From Azolla caroliniana (lineage: Eukaryota; Plantae; Polypodiophyta): a stretch of 64,000 nt of DNA. This document shows positions 33,728 through 46,091 of the stretch, one piece after another. The stretch spans positions 15,624,001-15,688,000 of the forward strand of contig JBHGNT010000014.1 of assembly GCA_043228905.1 (NCBI GenBank), written 5' to 3'. The notes beneath the pieces are model-generated. The model worked only from the letters and a program-made list of their open reading frames with translations, ran no database searches and was not told the DNA's origin. Each line of letters opens with the position of its first letter. The stretch's first letter is position 1. A program made the position numbers and the translations under genes.

Positions 33728-35128
33728 ATGGCGTCCTCAAGCAACCAAGCGGGAGAGCTCGAAAGGATGATGCTTATCGTCGAGCAAATGATGAGATCTC
33801 GGGACAACGACGCGAGCGTGGAGAAGGCTGTCAATCGTGTCGTAGAGCTCGAGGGCCAATTCGATGGAAGGAACGTTACGAAGTTCCTTGATGCATATAA
33901 GAGGGAGATGAATCAGAGGGACGTGTCCGAGGCACGTCAAATCGCCAGCTTCAAGAGAGTTGTCACCAACAACATCCAAAGACGCGTCATCGAGCTTCAA
34001 GAAGGTAAGACAACATGGTCCGAGTTCGAGAAAACGATACTAGCGGAGTTCGTGACTGAAGACTCAACGAGGATGACTCGACATGCCCTGATGAAGTGGA
34101 TAGAGAAGAAGAATAAGAAGATGAGCGTCTCGAGGGTGTACGACGAATTCGACCAGATGTTTAGTCGTCTCCCCAATACGGACCAAGTGTTGCTTGAAGA
34201 GGACAAGACTTTGTACTTCTTGAAGGCCGTGGACATAAAGGATAGACGGGAGTTGGGGACTCTTCTCGAAGATGATACCCAAGCAAATGGGCTCGTAGCG
34301 GACTGGATCGCGGTGAAGCGGGCATGCAATAGGCTCGACAAGCGTCGCCAATGGGTTGATGACACCGACATGACGGGACCGACTACCACGGAGAAAGCAA
34401 GACCGCCGAAAGTAGCTGAGTTGCTGAGACAAAGTAACGTGGAAGAAAAGAAGATTGATGATGACATCATCGAAGAGCTAGCGAAGAAGTTCGAGAAGGT
34501 CACGCTAGCCAACATGAATCGTCGGGGCCCTAAAGGAAAAGAACCCTTTAGATGCGTGTGGTGCGATAGCATGGACCACATGAGAAGGGATTGTGCGAGC
34601 CTTCGAGAGGCAATTCGACAAAATATCGCATACATAGAGGACAACATGATCTGCTCAAGCGAGACTAGAAGACCCCTACGGGTGAATTTCGGAAGAGGAG
34701 GAATGAAGAAATCTATGGAGGATGCCGATGCGACTCATGTGGATGCGATGCACTATGCTGCGTCGGCCGGAATAAGAGTCGGGAAAGACAAGACTGAAAC
34801 TGCTAGAGCGGGAGCAAAGTTTTGGACTTCCGTTCTCGAATATGAGAAGAAGGGAAAAGTCACATCGAACGAGGTAGAGCTTGCGGACCGAAACGTGCAA
34901 AGCATAACCGGGTGGTCGGATCTGGTGGACAACAACACCATACTCGCAGAGGTGATGTGCGACAACCACGAGGTGTTCGTCGAAGAAAAGAGAAAGAGAA
35001 TAGAAGAGCAAGGCCCATCAAAAAGACATGAAACAAGGAACGCGAAAAAGAAGGACGATACGGAGACGAGTCGGGACATTACAACCAATTCCAATTGGCG
35101 ATCGACAGTCGGGACATTACAACCATGA
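33728..35128 (+). CDS. G2 gag, truncated before the protease by a deletion
   Basis: Uninterrupted ORF with FDGRNVTKFL and the CVWCDSMDHMRRDC knuckle; homologous to G1 gag. Confidence 0.85.
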   Translation: MASSSNQAGELERMMLIVEQMMRSRDNDASVEKAVNRVVELEGQFDGRNVTKFLDAYKREMNQRDVSEARQIASFKRVVTNNIQRRVIELQEGKTTWSEFEKTILAEFVTEDSTRMTRHALMKWIEKKNKKMSVSRVYDEFDQMFSRLPNTDQVLLEEDKTLYFLKAVDIKDRRELGTLLEDDTQANGLVADWIAVKRACNRLDKRRQWVDDTDMTGPTTTEKARPPKVAELLRQSNVEEKKIDDDIIEELAKKFEKVTLANMNRRGPKGKEPFRCVWCDSMDHMRRDCASLREAIRQNIAYIEDNMICSSETRRPLRVNFGRGGMKKSMEDADATHVDAMHYAASAGIRVGKDKTETARAGAKFWTSVLEYEKKGKVTSNEVELADRNVQSITGWSDLVDNNTILAEVMCDNHEVFVEEKRKRIEEQGPSKRHETRNAKKKDDTETSRDITTNSNWRSTVGTLQP

Positions 35129-37581
35129 GGACTCCGATCGGGCTTGTGCGGATGTGTACCTTACCCCAAGGCGCAACGAACTCGGTGGCTCATATGGTGA
35201 ATGCCATGAATAAAGTCTTGAAGGATTGCATTCCAGACATCACGATGCCATTCTTGGATGATATTCCGATAAAAGGATGTTCGGATGAGGAGAAAGATGA
35301 ATCGAAAGATAAGGAAGGTTGTAGAAAGTTCGTTGCGGATCATATGAAAGATTGTGAGAAGGTGCTTCAAAGGCTCGAAGATGCGAATTTGACATTTTCG
35401 GGAGAAAAATCCGCATTTGGGCAACCGGAGATCTTGGTGGTAGGTCACTTGTGTGGAGCATACGGCCGGAAGCCCTCGCCATCCAAAGTGAACGCAATCC
35501 AAGACATGAAAGAAGAATGCGAAAACCAAACGGAGGTTCGAAGGTTCCTTGGAGCGCGCGCGTTTTATCATATATGGATTCCTCACTACGCTCATGTCGC
35601 CGAACCGTTATATGGACTACTAAAGAAAAGAATAAAGTTCGAATGGCGAGACGAGCACACAGAGGCGATGGGAAGATTAAAGAAACTGCTTCTTGAAGCT
35701 CCGGCACTAAGGAAGGCCGACTATGCCGAAGGGAAACCAATTTACGTGACCGTAGATACGAGCCCAACCGGAATCGGGTGGGTCATCTATCAAGAAGGTG
35801 AAGATAATGCGCGATATGCCGTCCGGTTCGGAGCAAAGGTTCTCAGCGAACGGCAACAAAGATATGCCCAAGTCAAGCGGGAACTTTGGGGTATTGTGTC
35901 GGCAGTGAAGACGGACAAAGATTACCTGATCGGGTCAGAAGTGATAATAGAGACAGATTGTCTCCCAATTCTCGGAATGGTCTCGGGATGTGCGACCTCA
36001 GATCTTGCTATGCTAAGGTGGATCGCCTACATCAAGTCTTTAAACCCAGAGATCCGTCACATCGCAAGGAAGAAGAACGCCATGGTTGACATGCTGTCGA
36101 GGGCAAGATTTTCAAATGGAAGTAACATGGTTTCGGAAGATGAAGATGTCGCCCTCAACTTCTTCAAGATGGCTCGATTGTCGGCGGAAGACCAGGACAC
36201 GCAAACCCTCCACGCCTTCAACGAGAACGAGTACGAAGGAGAATGGTTACTCATCGGTAGATTCCTAAGAACATTGACGACAGATGCTTCGTTGACAAAG
36301 GAGGAGGCCCTACGAATCCGAAAGAAAGCTTACCGATACTTCTTGAAGGGAGGATTCCTTTGGCGACATCCAAAAAGAAGGACAGGAATACCACGTCGAG
36401 TGGTGGTAAAGAAAGAAGAGCAAGAGACGCTGATGACCGAATTCCACGAGAGTGCTTGGGCAGGTCATAGAGGAACATGGTGGACGTTCGAAAAATTGAA
36501 GGAGAAGTACTGGTGGCCAAGCATGTACAAAGATGTACTCCATTTCGTGTCCACATGTGAAACTTGCCAAATATATTCAAATATACGTCATCGTGATGAG
36601 TTAAAGCTGACATACCCACTCACCATTCACTTCAAATGGATGGTGGATATGGTCTCGATGCCAATGGGAGTGGGACAAATGAAGTACTTAACGTTCGCAA
36701 GGGAAGACTTGACAAATCAAGTGGAAGGACGAGCCTTGACAAATAAGACGACTTCAGCCGTTTGTAAATTTTTACTTGAAGATGTTGTTTGCCGATATGG
36801 ATGTGTAGGGAAGATAGTGGCCGACCGAGGGGAGTTGGACACGCACGAAGCGACGGAGCTCTTCGAAAGACTAGGCGTGAAGCTCTCCCTCACGACTGCC
36901 TACAATCCGGAAGCAAATGGGAAGATCGAGCGAGGGCATGGACCTATCGTTAAAGCCATCGTACGGGCATGCAACGGTCGAGTCGGGAATTGGCCACGAC
37001 TATTACCCTATGCCTTGTGGGCCAATAGAACGACACATAGCTCGGTGACAGGGTATATGCCGACGGAGCTTATGTATGGACAAAAGCCGATTATGCCCAT
37101 CGAAAGGACGATCGCCTCATGGGTAGCAATACAGTGGGAGAACGAGATGAGCCGAGAAGAGTTATTAGCGGCGCGGATAAGGCAACTTGAAAGAAGACCT
37201 GAAGATTTAGAAAAAGCGCGAAAGATGATGAAGGCAGCCCGAGTAAAGAACAAAGTTCAGTTCGACAACACACATCGACTTCGTCCCAAGAAGATTGAAG
37301 AAGGGGATTGGGTTTTGGTTTACGACGGCACCCTTGACAATCAACACAGTACAACAAGGAAGTTCGCAAGAAGATGGTTCGGGCCGTATGTGGTGACAAG
37401 TGCCAACGATAATGCCACATACCACCTTGCGGAACTAGACGGATCAAGGTTGGCCGTACCCATTGCGGGAAAAAGAGTAAAGATTTTCAAGAAAAGACAA
37501 GACAAGGATCCTGACCTCGATTACCTCGACGATGAACATAATAGGCCGAATGAAAATGAAGACATGGAGGAATCAAATTGA
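35095..37581 (+). CDS. G2 pol: RT C-terminal half, RNase H and integrase with GPY/F motif, no chromodomain
   Basis: LPQGATNS...PFLDDIPIKG; VTVDTS...RELWG...ETDC; HESAWAGH...CETC; ADRGE; NPEANGKIER; WFGPYVV. 828 aa open. Confidence 0.93.
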   Translation: MAIDSRDITTMRTPIGLVRMCTLPQGATNSVAHMVNAMNKVLKDCIPDITMPFLDDIPIKGCSDEEKDESKDKEGCRKFVADHMKDCEKVLQRLEDANLTFSGEKSAFGQPEILVVGHLCGAYGRKPSPSKVNAIQDMKEECENQTEVRRFLGARAFYHIWIPHYAHVAEPLYGLLKKRIKFEWRDEHTEAMGRLKKLLLEAPALRKADYAEGKPIYVTVDTSPTGIGWVIYQEGEDNARYAVRFGAKVLSERQQRYAQVKRELWGIVSAVKTDKDYLIGSEVIIETDCLPILGMVSGCATSDLAMLRWIAYIKSLNPEIRHIARKKNAMVDMLSRARFSNGSNMVSEDEDVALNFFKMARLSAEDQDTQTLHAFNENEYEGEWLLIGRFLRTLTTDASLTKEEALRIRKKAYRYFLKGGFLWRHPKRRTGIPRRVVVKKEEQETLMTEFHESAWAGHRGTWWTFEKLKEKYWWPSMYKDVLHFVSTCETCQIYSNIRHRDELKLTYPLTIHFKWMVDMVSMPMGVGQMKYLTFAREDLTNQVEGRALTNKTTSAVCKFLLEDVVCRYGCVGKIVADRGELDTHEATELFERLGVKLSLTTAYNPEANGKIERGHGPIVKAIVRACNGRVGNWPRLLPYALWANRTTHSSVTGYMPTELMYGQKPIMPIERTIASWVAIQWENEMSREELLAARIRQLERRPEDLEKARKMMKAARVKNKVQFDNTHRLRPKKIEEGDWVLVYDGTLDNQHSTTRKFARRWFGPYVVTSANDNATYHLAELDGSRLAVPIAGKRVKIFKKRQDKDPDLDYLDDEHNRPNENEDMEESN

Positions 37582-39836
37582 TCATCGTAGCCGAAATCTC
37601 ACTTCTTCTCTTCTTGGCACGTACCGGAGGACGTGCGCTTTGGTGGGGGTGGATGTCGTGAAGATTTTCGACAATAGTGTGAAAATCCTATAAAACGTAC
37701 GAAATCGAGTATGAATCATGTAGTACAATAATTGTGAAGATAACATTTTAAATAGATTTAATATCTAAGTACAAAATGATGGAGGTTTCGAATGCACTTT
37801 ATTACACGAGAAACGGACAACTAAATGTCAAGATATGAGGGTATAAAGTTTGTAAAAGGAAAGGAAAAAATTGTGAGATATCCCACATAGGCACGACAAA
37901 TACAGCTCTCATCATATATAAGGTGGAGCAAAAGATATTATCTTTGTGTCTATGTGTGGAGCATAGAGAGTTCAAGGTAACTTGAACTAAGAGTGGAGGT
38001 GGGCTAGCTACTCGTAAAGGGTTTTGGCCAACCAAAACCGGACCGGCGATGGAGCCGGTGATCCGACGGCATCCGGCGAGGCACCGGTATCTGGCGACGC
38101 ACCGGTAACCGACGGCATCCGGCGACGGCAACGGTAACGGTATCCGGCGACTAGATAAATAAATATATAAATATATATACATATTTACATATACAAGGAG
38201 GGCAAGTAAGGATTTGAACCTTGCACCTCCAAGTTAGGAGTCAATTGGCTTACCATTAAGCCATGCTATTTAGTTGAAATTATATTTCTATCATTGTACT
38301 TTTACATGTAAATTCTCATACATGAGAACTAAAATGAGTGACATGGTTATCATGCACCACATGTAATACATAAGCGCCAAATGGCAAACATGCAATTTAT
38401 GCATGTCTTGTACCCTCACATGCATCATATGCATGAGAGCATCTATAAAAGAGGGAAGGGGGAGGAGAAAAAACACGGTTTTTTTTTATGAAAATTAAGA
38501 AGAAGAAATTCGTTATCAAATTGATGGTGTAACTTGTTTCTTAAATCCAAAGATAAAAAGTTCAATCGATCTTTCTCAATCGTTGAATCTCAACTTCTCT
38601 CTTTCCCAATCTATCTTAAGTACTTTCTCGACAAATCTTGTATCGACTCTAAATCCTTCTGGTCCAGAACCCCGGCGGTTCCGCCTCACGATCCGCGCGT
38701 AGTGACGGATCTTCACGACAGCGCCAGAATAGACTTCTACCGGAGAAGACCGGCCCGCGATTATCTTTCACTCTCCGGTTCACCACCCACTCCAAACCGG
38801 TCATTGTCGCAATCCATGCCCTCTAGGTCCGGTTCGTCCTCGTGTCGCTTCTTGAACGCCTTGATCCTCTTCCCGGCCACCGGCACAACTATTCTTGTTC
38901 CGTCGAGTTCCGCAAGGTAGTAGGTGCCGTTGTCGTTGGTGCTTGTCACTGCATAAGGCCCGAACCACCTCCTCGCAAACTTTCGCATTGCCTGGTGCTG
39001 GTTGTTGAGGTTGTTGTCATAGACCAGAACCCAGTCGCCTTCCTCGATTTTCCTTGGTCGTAGTCAGTGAGTTCGGTTGAATCACCCCTTGTTCTTTGTC
39101 CTTGTTGCACACAGCTTCGTCGTTGCTCGTTCCACGTCCTCCGGTCTTCGCTCGAGCTGTTGGATTCGCGCCGCTAACAGCTCCTCCCGGCTCATCTCAT
39201 CTCTCCAGTCCACCGCGGCCCACGAGGAGATCGTTCTCTCCATCGGCATGATCGGCTTCTGCCTGTACATCAGCTCCGCCGACATGAACCCGGTTACCGA
39301 GTTGTGCGTAGTTCAGTTTTCCCACAATGCGTAGGGTAGGAGCCGCGGCCAATTCCCGACTTGGCCTCCGCAGGCCCGTACCAACACCTTTACGATTGGA
39401 CCGTGTCCACGTTCCACCTTCTCGTTTGCCCTACACACCCGTACCGACACACCACCTCCTCGATTAGGAACCAGCATACAGCCGCGGTCGTCTTGTTTGG
39501 TAAAGCTCGTCCCTCCACCTGGTTCATCAAATCTTCTCGTGCTAGAACCAGGTACTACATCTGCCCTACCCCCATCGGCATCGTCACCAGATCCACCATC
39601 CACTTGAAGTGGACGGTCGGCGGGTAAGTCAAGTGCAGCTCATCCCAATGTCGGACTATGGAATGCATCTGACAGCTTTCGCAAGTCGTTACAAACCGAT
39701 GCACGTCCCGGTATAGTCCCGATATAGCCAGCATGGCTTCTTTATAACAAGAAGGTTCATATGCATCCGTTAACATCACATAGTCCGTGAGCTTAGCAAG
39801 TGGCCTAGAGACACGAGTAGATCGTCTCACTAGTTG

Positions 39837-40979
39837 CTAAACTAGAGTCAGACAGTTTTCAGGTTGTACACATGCATCCTCATTTTGAACATCCTCATAT
39901 GGGTGAAAATTTGTAGGACTGTTCGGCATAGGTGTGGAATTATTCTTTTGCACACTAATAGAGGGTGTAACATCTTGAAATGACGCTTTCCTCACTTCCA
40001 CTTCCTTAATTGGTTGCTTATGTATAATCTTTTCATTGAAAACGACATCACTACTTTTGATTATAGTGCACGTTTCAGGATCCCACAAATGATATCCAAA
40101 TTGACCATCTATGCCATAGCCAAGAAAAATACATTTTCTGCTCTTAAAATCTAGTTTTTGCCTTAACTGTTTTGGAATGTGAACATACGCCTCACATCCA
40201 AATACCCTAAGATGATCATAGTTTGGGGTTTTTCTTGTCCACAGCTCTTGCACCACTTTCAAGCCTTTGGCAGTACTAGGTGATAGATTTATCACATGGT
40301 CTATTGTCCGAACTGTTTCAGCCCAAAAACCTTGCAACAGATTTGCATGATGCAACATTGAAACAACTCTTTCCTGGATGGTTCTATTCATCCTTTTTGC
40401 CACACCATTTTGTACTAGAGTGTAAGGGGCAGTAAACTCTCTACGTATGCCTCTAGACTCCCAAAAATCTCTGAACTCATGAGAGGTATACTCACCTCCA
40501 TTATCAAAATGTAAAGCCTTAAGCTTTATACCCTTTTCAGTCTCAACCGAGGCAAGCCATTTTCTAAAAGTAGAGTATACATCTCCCTTTTGTTTTATGG
40601 GATACACCCAAACCTTTCTAGTGGCATCATCGATAAATGTAACAAAATACAAAGCTCCACCCAATGATCTAGTAGGCATATGGCCACATACATCTGTATG
40701 AACTCGATCCAAGGGTTGAGTAGATGAATCAGAATTAATATTTTGATGCACACTTCTAGTTTGTTTACCATATTGACAATGCTCACAAACTGAAAATTTG
40801 AAAATGATAACATAGGTAAATAGCCAAAATAAATTTTCCATTCCAGTACGAGACATGTGGCCTAAACGGCCATGCCAAATACAAGTCATAGGCTGTTTTG
40901 TGACTGTCAAAAGATTATCTTTTTGATGGACAACTAAAGGATAAAGTGAACCAACTTTGTTCCCTTTGGCAATAACCAT
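39837..40979 (-). pseudogene. Host copia GAG-pre-integrase and integrase
   Basis: WHGRLGH...CEHCQYGKQ, VHTDVCG, DNGGEY, QNGVAKRMNRT. Confidence 0.9.
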
Positions 40980-43231
40980 ATTTCCTTTCGTAATACGAAA
41001 GGACTAGGAAGAAAATATCACTTTAAAACTAATGTTATCAAGTTGTCCAATAGACATTAAGCTACGAGTTAACTCAGGGACATGCCGTACATTTTGTACA
41101 GTAAACTGAGAGCCATCAAAAAACTGTACCATGACATCTCCAATGCCAATCACATCACACTAATGTGAATCTCCAAGTCGTATTGTACCAAGTGGTTTAG
41201 ATTTGTATCATGTGAACCACTCTCTATGTGGAGTCACGTGAAATGAAGCACTAGAGTCCAACAACTGTGTTGAGCAAGTGCATGAGCAATATTAGCCTCA
41301 ACATAGGTAGCATCATCATCCATGACCAAGATGTCAACATCATCATCACATGCGGCATTTATTTCCTCTATCTTCACTGAAGATGATGAACCAGTCAACT
41401 ATTTAACATGCTCATCACCATGAGTTTTACCCCTTTCCTTTTCTTTGTTCTTCAAGGCATAATAATCTTTCTTGATATGACCCTTCTTGTGGCAATAATG
41501 GCATTCCACAAGTCTCTTCCTACACTTCTACTCTTATCATGATTTCCATCACTATTTCTAGTATGGCTTCTACCACATTGTTGGTTCTTGCCATAGCTAG
41601 AATCTCGAACATTATATGCCTCTCCAACTTGTGAGGAAACCATAGATTTCCTACGTATTTCTTCACCCAATAGTGCTCCACTTATGTCATTATAGAACAA
41701 TTTCCCGTTTGGTACACTAGCGCTAATAGCGGTGTGCAAAATGTGTCCCATGAGCTAGGCAATGTGCATAGCAAAAGTACAGCTTTCAGCTCATCATCCA
41801 TGGTCATTTTCTGAGCTTGCAATTGCGACCATAATGCATCAAATTGATTTAATGAGACGGAACACTATTCATATCCTTCATACGAAGGTCATATAGCTTT
41901 CTTATCAAATGTACACCTTGTTAGGTGCAGTTTCCTTCTCATAGGTATTGCATAACGTTTTCCAAAGTTCTTCGGAGTTTTTACTGTTGAAACAATAAAG
42001 TAGACACAATCCGCCAAGTGCAGTCTTATAGTGGACATGGTCAAGGCATCATGTTCCTCCCAATCATCATCATCCATGTCATTCGGCTTCTTCTCTTTGC
42101 CACCTAAAGGCCTCGTTTGCTTTCTTTGAACCAATACATCACGCACCTTATCCTTTCACAAAGCAAAATTAGATCCATCAAATTTCCGGATCTCAATATG
42201 ATCTTTTCCCAAAAATGAATAGTTCTTACTTGAACTATTGCGACCAAACAGAAGTGCTACTAGATGCATCCAACATTTCAAACTCCATGGGAGTGAACGA
42301 TAGTATTAGGCAACAAAATACAATTGGGCAACAAAAATTAGTAACTGACTAGCTTATGGCAAATTATCAAAAGTTGATACCAATATTGCGTGTAGCATGC
42401 ACCACAGAAAGCAAACAACTTCCAAAATATCAGCTGCAAAATGTAAAAAAAGGTTGAATCTATCACTCTTGCGTATAACACGCACCACTGAAAGCATATA
42501 ACTTCCAAAATATCAACGATACTGACTAGCATACATCTCCCAAATTACAAATTGTAGGCATCTGCTCTACTATACATTCACATTGATCCCAAATCTCTCT
42601 TCCAAATGTGGCAGGGGTCTCTCCCACCACAACTTATTTCCACCAGAAATGTTTTGCAAATGGTGAATAAACGTGAGAGTTTAACCAAGGGAAGTACCTG
42701 TGAATAACAGGCTCTTTTCTTCAATGTTGAAGATGCTGGAGATGCCCAACAACAAGTAGATGCTACAACCAAGCGGCTCCAATCACCAACGTTTTTGCTA
42801 CAATCTCCAAAGCTCTGATAGCATTATTACGAGTAGGTAGAGCAGAGAACCAAGGGAGAATTGTTTTGTTCTGCTCTGAATCATAATGGAAGGGCATCAA
42901 GGATAAAGAAGGGGACAATAAACGATGCTCTATACAACATGAGGGTGGAGGTTACAACAGAGAGGAACGACAGTGAATATTTGCAACAGAGAGAGGGGGG
43001 GGGAAAACAACAGAGAGGAAGAAGTCACACACACACACACACACCACTCTCTCTTTCTACACACTACTAAGTGGAAGACCAGTTTTGGCCTTTTCACACA
43101 TAACATGTATGGGGGATAGATGTATAACAACCTTACGATCACATCGAAAGAGAGAGAGCGGGGGGGAGAGAGAGAGAGAGAAACAAAGAGAAATAGAATA
43201 AGAGAGAGAGAAAGAAAGAAAGAAAGAAACA

Positions 43232-46091
43232 TATATTAATGTCATCTAAGGACAAAATTGGCCCATGAGACAAATGGTTTACAAAAAAATATGTGATATT
43301 TATCCATTCATCGAAAGTAAAAAATAAAAATAAAAATAAAAATAAGATAAAAAAAATAGAGTTTTAAGCTAAATAGTTCTAGTAAAATAACAAACATGTT
43401 CTATATAAAAAACATGTTCTACAATGAAAATGATGTTATACTAGGCCTAATTTCATTTCCATCCAAGTCTATCGAAGAGAAATGGGAGGTCAAAGGGTTT
43501 CGATGTGGATGTGGCTCGTGGTCCCAATGTAAAAGGTACCCCAACCATAGCTTCTAGTCGACATAGCTCACGTTCCCTTATCTTCTTAATCTTCTCTACT
43601 CCGTGTCGACTTGTTTTGAAGCCCAACATCCAAGGGCATTTGGTTGTTCTTTGCATTTCGGCTTCCTCAAGAGAGAGGTTGAGCGGCGAAAGTGTATCCA
43701 CATTCATCGCCTGCCCTTGTTCATAAACAATTACACTAGTTACAAGCTGATGAATAGTAAAAGGGTTATGGTTAACACTTTGTAATTTATTCTCCCTATG
43801 TTGTTTTAGCTCTAAAATATACCTACCTAGTCTATTTACATCCGGGGTATCTACTAGTTTGGAGAGAGTGGAAGAGGGTCCTAATATGTCTTGGTATTCC
43901 GCTCATACCTCGGCATAAGTTGGGCACTTGCATATGAAGTGATACTCATCCTCTATCTCTATGTGGCATAACCTACATATTCTTTCTTCTCTAGGGACTC
44001 TATTAGCCCGACCATTCTCAATCCCAAGTTGGTGAGATGATATCCTAAGTTGTCCAATGGCCGCCCTTAGTGCATTTGATAAGAATGTATCTAGATATGT
44101 TGGTCGTGTAATAAAACCTAACTTAGAGAAGTGCAAGAAGTGTTCCTTATAGTACACCATTTTAGATGGGAGTGGCTCTCATGGGATGATCCATTTATAT
44201 CGAGTGTAAATTTGCCATATTTCTTGACGTATCACTTTATTACGGTCTTCATGAGATATTAGAGTTTGATCAGTCCCATGGTTGTACTGAAGGGGAGGTA
44301 AGTTATTAATGTCTATGCCGTTTGCAAGTAACTAGCTCACCACAGTGCTATACCAAGAGCTAGTGTCTCCAGACGCATGTAGGGATCGAGATGCCTCAAA
44401 GACTCGACAGGATATCCTATCTTGTGGTTGTCTATGTATCCGACAAATAAAAACTACCACTTGAAAAAGTGCTTCCACTAACATCGGGGGCAAACTGAAC
44501 TCTGCTCTAATAATGTCATGTGGTACTTACGATTTGCTTTAGAGTTGACGTGATAACATCGTCACAAAAGGTCTGTCTAATTGTGTCCACATGAAAGATG
44601 GTAGACCTAAAGCCCATAATACTGATGCATACATGAGGGAAGGGGTCACTAATGAGTCGAAGAGCCATCCCTTAGTCCGTGGCTCTTGAAAAAATATGCC
44701 TGATGGCATTGTCTCTCTAAGAGTGAGAGGGATGCATACCATCTCATTAGCCTATCTTTGGTTGTCAGGGTCATCGAGAATTCACCTAAGCAAGCACTAA
44801 AAGTGACTCCCAAGTATACATATGATCCAACTACCTCAACTAGTTTATGAGAGAGGATAAGGTGACATTTACTCCTAACTTGGGACGATGTATGAAAGAT
44901 AAGAACTTTAGTTTTTGCTAGATTCACTACTAGTCCTCGTTGTGTACAAAAGTCATCTAGGGCATTAAGATGCTTTTGCAGGTCGTGTTCCGACTCCGAG
45001 AGCAAGACAATGTCGTCTACGTAGAGTAAGAGACTAACTTGTGTATCCCCAATAGCTACTCCATTGCCTCCCTTACGAGCAATAAAATCAATGATCTCAT
45101 CAATGTAGATCCCAAAAAGAGTCGGTGATAGGGGGCAACCCTGTTTTACATCAATGGTGTTAGTGAAACAATCGGATAGGCCTCCTGGGCATCTTATGCG
45201 CCTAGAGACTTGCTCATATACGGCATAAATGGCCCAGATCATGTCATTTGGTATCTCCAAGCTCTTAAGTCTATCAAACAACCTCTCCCTAGGAACTGTG
45301 TCCAAGGCTTTGCGGAAGTCCACAAACCAACAATATAGTTTCTTCTTACGACGAGCCTTCGTCTAGTCAATTAAGCACCTAAGTGTGAAGATATGGTCAA
45401 TAGTGGAGATGGCTCGTCTAAAGCTAGCCTGATCAGGTGCTCGAAGACTTAACGTTTCCATATAATCGCTTTGCTCCGCCTTCATTACAGCACCATATAG
45501 TTTAGCGAGCGTATGACCTATCATAATGGTCCTATATGTATTTGGGTCCATTGGGTCCCCTCCTTTATGTATAGGGGCCACTGTGTTCATGGTCCATTGT
45601 GGTGGAAAACCCTCGTTGAGGGCTCGGTTGATGATTAGAGTGAGAAAGGGGGCTAGGCACTCTCGAGCATATATGATGTGCTCAATTCACAATCCCATGT
45701 GGTCCATGGAAAACCCTTGGCGAGGGCGCGGTTGAAGATTAGAGTGAGAAAGGGGGCTAGGCATTCTCGAGCATATATGATTAGCTCGACTCACGATCCT
45801 GTGTGGTCCATGGATTTCCTATGTTGTAATTTTTTTATGCCCTTCGTGACCCTAGACTTCATGAAAAGTGTGCCCATGGTAGGTCGAGGTGTGGAAGGCA
45901 TTGGGATGGGTGGTTGGTTCGGGACATGGTAGAGTCTCTCGATATATGTGTGCCAAATATTGGGATCCTCCATGGGTGTTTGAGGTCGTAGTTCCCGTAG
46001 TCTCCTCCATGCAAGGGCGCAATCCCTACTCATGAGCATATGGTCGAGTTCCCAATATTGAGATGCTTCTCAAGCTCGTCTTTTACGACGT
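43232..46091 (-). mobile_element. RTE-X-like LINE copy 2, decayed, interrupted by G4
   Basis: Inverted homologue of ~7780-10640 (same RT, CCHC-like domain and 3' UTR). ~104-bp internal duplication at ~45604-45814. The 3' end runs into a (CTTT)n/(CT)n tract. Confidence 0.92.

Larger units (their letters stand above)
32618..38720 (+). mobile_element. Ty3/gypsy element G2 (tRNA-Trp PBS), lacking PR and the RT N-terminus, inserted in the G3 3' UTR
   Basis: Near-identical LTRs 32618-33660 and 37654-38720; PBS 33669-33685; PPT GGTGGGGGTGGA; TSD ACGC/GCGC. Confidence 0.95.
31949..39722 (-). mobile_element. Truncated Ty3/gypsy element G3 (3' LTR plus integrase remnant), split by G2
   Basis: 3' LTR 31949-32580; PPT 32581-32592; integrase fragments 38725-39722 (WFGPYAV, RELHLTYPP-like, KWMVDLV). 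The 5' half is lost and fused to the host copia at ~39722. ACGT adjoins the LTR end. Confidence 0.85.
10670..43129 (-). mobile_element. Old host Ty1/copia element (Tnt1/Tork-like), fragmented by nested insertions
   Basis: 5' LTR ~42825-43129, degenerate iMet PBS TGCTATCAGAGC 42812-42823, gag/PR ~41000-42210, integrase 39837-40979, EPSCYKEAM to 39725, RT 13517-14450, RNase H 13313-13500 and 10880-11120, PPT AGTGGGAGAT, then a truncated 3' LTR 10670-10752 that is ~90% identical by eye to 43057-43129. Confidence 0.85.

Noticed and set aside
7780-46091. Inverted LINE copies as TIRs of one composite transposon
   Set aside because: Each copy has private duplications and stops and is independently interrupted; no shared outer termini or TSD are visible.
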